DNA from: Vicugna vicugna
Lineage: Eukaryota
DNA length: 64,000 bases
Assembly (NCBI GenBank): GCA_013265495.1
Contig: MU058241.1
Coordinates: forward strand, 1 to 64,000
Direction: 5' to 3'
Made by a program: the position numbers and the translations under genes. How positions within the stretch are numbered: the stretch's first letter is position 1; every line of letters begins with the position of its first letter. Below, piece after piece: positions 62,169-64,000 of this stretch. The notes beneath the pieces are model-generated. The model had not been told where the DNA came from and did no database searches. It saw only the letters and a list, made by a program, of their open reading frames with translations.

Positions 62169-64000
62169 GAACAAATGATACTCCTCATCAGGTGAACTTC
62201 CTTGTATGAAATGAAATTTTATGGTATGTCTTTATGGCATGTTTTTCCTCATACAACATAAAGAAGCAAGTTTCAAAAATATGCTACCCTTGCAAACTAA
62301 TTTCCCAAGTCAGTGCATTAATGGCAAACTCCGTGAGTCATATTCAGCCCTGTCTGAGCTGATCCCTGTCCTCGTTGATCACTCCTGTCCTTTCTGCTCA
62401 TCCCTGTCCTCCCCACTCACTCCTGACGCCGGGGGTCTGCCCCTCACCACCAACACAGCAAGTTTTGCCTTTTGCTCCTGGGTGGAGCCTCCACTCAGGT
62501 CCTCCTTGTCAATGCATTCTTCTTCTCGGAATCTTTCCTCCTCCTGTCATTGCCCAGCTATTTAGGTCACCGTAGACGATTTTAGAGACAGAGGATAAGA
62601 CACTAATGCATATTTCGGCTAGCATTTGTTAAAAATAAAATTCTGGCATGCATATTTTAACAGGAATCAGTTGGGATCTGAAAATACACACGGAGATGGG
62701 GAGGACACACAGGGGGACCTCTTTCCTCTCCTACGGTTTCATCAACTCAGGAAAACTTGCTTTTCCAGGCAGCTATTGCTCTGCCTAATTGCATCAACCT
62801 CTTCCCCCAGCTACATTTTCAGAGAAAGTGTTCTCGCATCTTAGATTTCACAACTGACAGTCAGTGAGGTGGCAGCAATACACACAAGGTGGTTGCCCTG
62901 TGCATTCTCAGGGAAGAATGAGATAGTGCCTGCTGGGCGCTGAAAACAGCGCCCTCCATGTTTCCACCCACCTGAGGGGGAAATGGAGACTGTGGCAGCT
63001 GCTTCGCCCATGCCCTGTGCCCCAGTGGCCCTGGCAGACTTCTGCACGAGCCAGCCTGCTCTCCTTCCCTCCTCCAGGATGCAGTATCTCCCTCTGGCCT
63101 GAAGCAAGTCACTGAAACTTGCCCTCTTGCTCAGCATTGTTTTCCCTCTGGAGTACAAAAATCATTGCTTAATTTCTACTGTGGGCAATGGGCACCAACG
63201 ATGTAAATAAAACACGGTGAAAAATTCACCTTGTGGGTAGTATTGGCCCCCTTTTTTTTTTTAACCTACTCATCATAAAAGAAGAGCTAGTTTCAAAGCA
63301 ACCCAAGCAAAGGTGACTTCTTAAAAAAAAAGGTGACGTGTTGAGATGGGGTTTAGGGGCAGAGAGCCCAGCTGTTTGGCAAGTCTTAACAGCCTCAGGT
63401 CTCAGATCTGAGTCCAAGGTGGAGGAATTGGAAAGGAAACACTGCTCCCCAGACAAATGTGGGTTTTCCTGAGCGATGCTTAGTTCCAGCAGGTGCTGCC
63501 AAGGAACGCCAGGGGACCCCGCCATACATTATCCACGTCTGCATGAGGAGGACTCTTGGTCACATGAGCCTGCCGAATGAAAGTGTACATTGTTTTCTAG
63601 ACTTCTTGGGCCCTTGACAAATACCTCTTAGAAGCTCTTTGTTTTTCTTGTGCCTTTTTAAAGCAAGATTTTGAACCAACCACCTGTCTCCAGAGAAAGT
63701 TTGTTTTTCCTCTTCCTCTCCGCCCCATAGGAAAAGCTTATTTCTAATCTAGATTTCTTCTATAAACTGAAGAGATTGAATCATAATCACTGAAGCCAGG
63801 GTGTCCCATAACTTTTGGGGCTAATGGTACATCTTATCAGGGACCTGAATCGTTGGTGTGCACAAATGGTTTGCTTTGGAACTGGGATGGGGGACAAACA
63901 TAAAACCATTCAAAGTTTGTTGGGTCCCCCTCTGGAAATCTGGAAAACAGCAGCTACTTCTGGGCATTTATCACAGAGAAGTGAAAACTGAGGTTCACAC

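Overview
Mammalian genomic DNA, most likely camelid: there are four copies of a tRNA-derived Vic-1-type SINE plus lineage-type L1 3' ends, and I saw no Alu, Bov-tA, PRE1 or Can-SINE. I cannot support any protein-coding exon. The main functional feature is a CpG-island promoter at about 26.9-28.8 kb, with GCC/GCG repeats, a YY1-type motif and three strong minus-strand splice donors. It is best read as the non-coding first exon(s) of a large minus-strand gene, so about 1-27.6 kb is first intron and about 29-64 kb is upstream intergenic DNA. The architecture reminds me of RREB1, but that is an unverified guess. The rest is ordinary eutherian repeat content (old L1M, MLT1/MLT2 LTRs, MER20/MER5/MER58/Charlie/Tigger, MIR, microsatellites); family names are by eye and boundaries of old repeats are approximate. 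I found no new multi-gene biological system. The most interesting signals are mutational: an L1 with a 3' transduction, a second tail-less local copy of it, a TSD-flanked chimeric young-L1/ancient-L1 insertion, and several short locally templated insertions.
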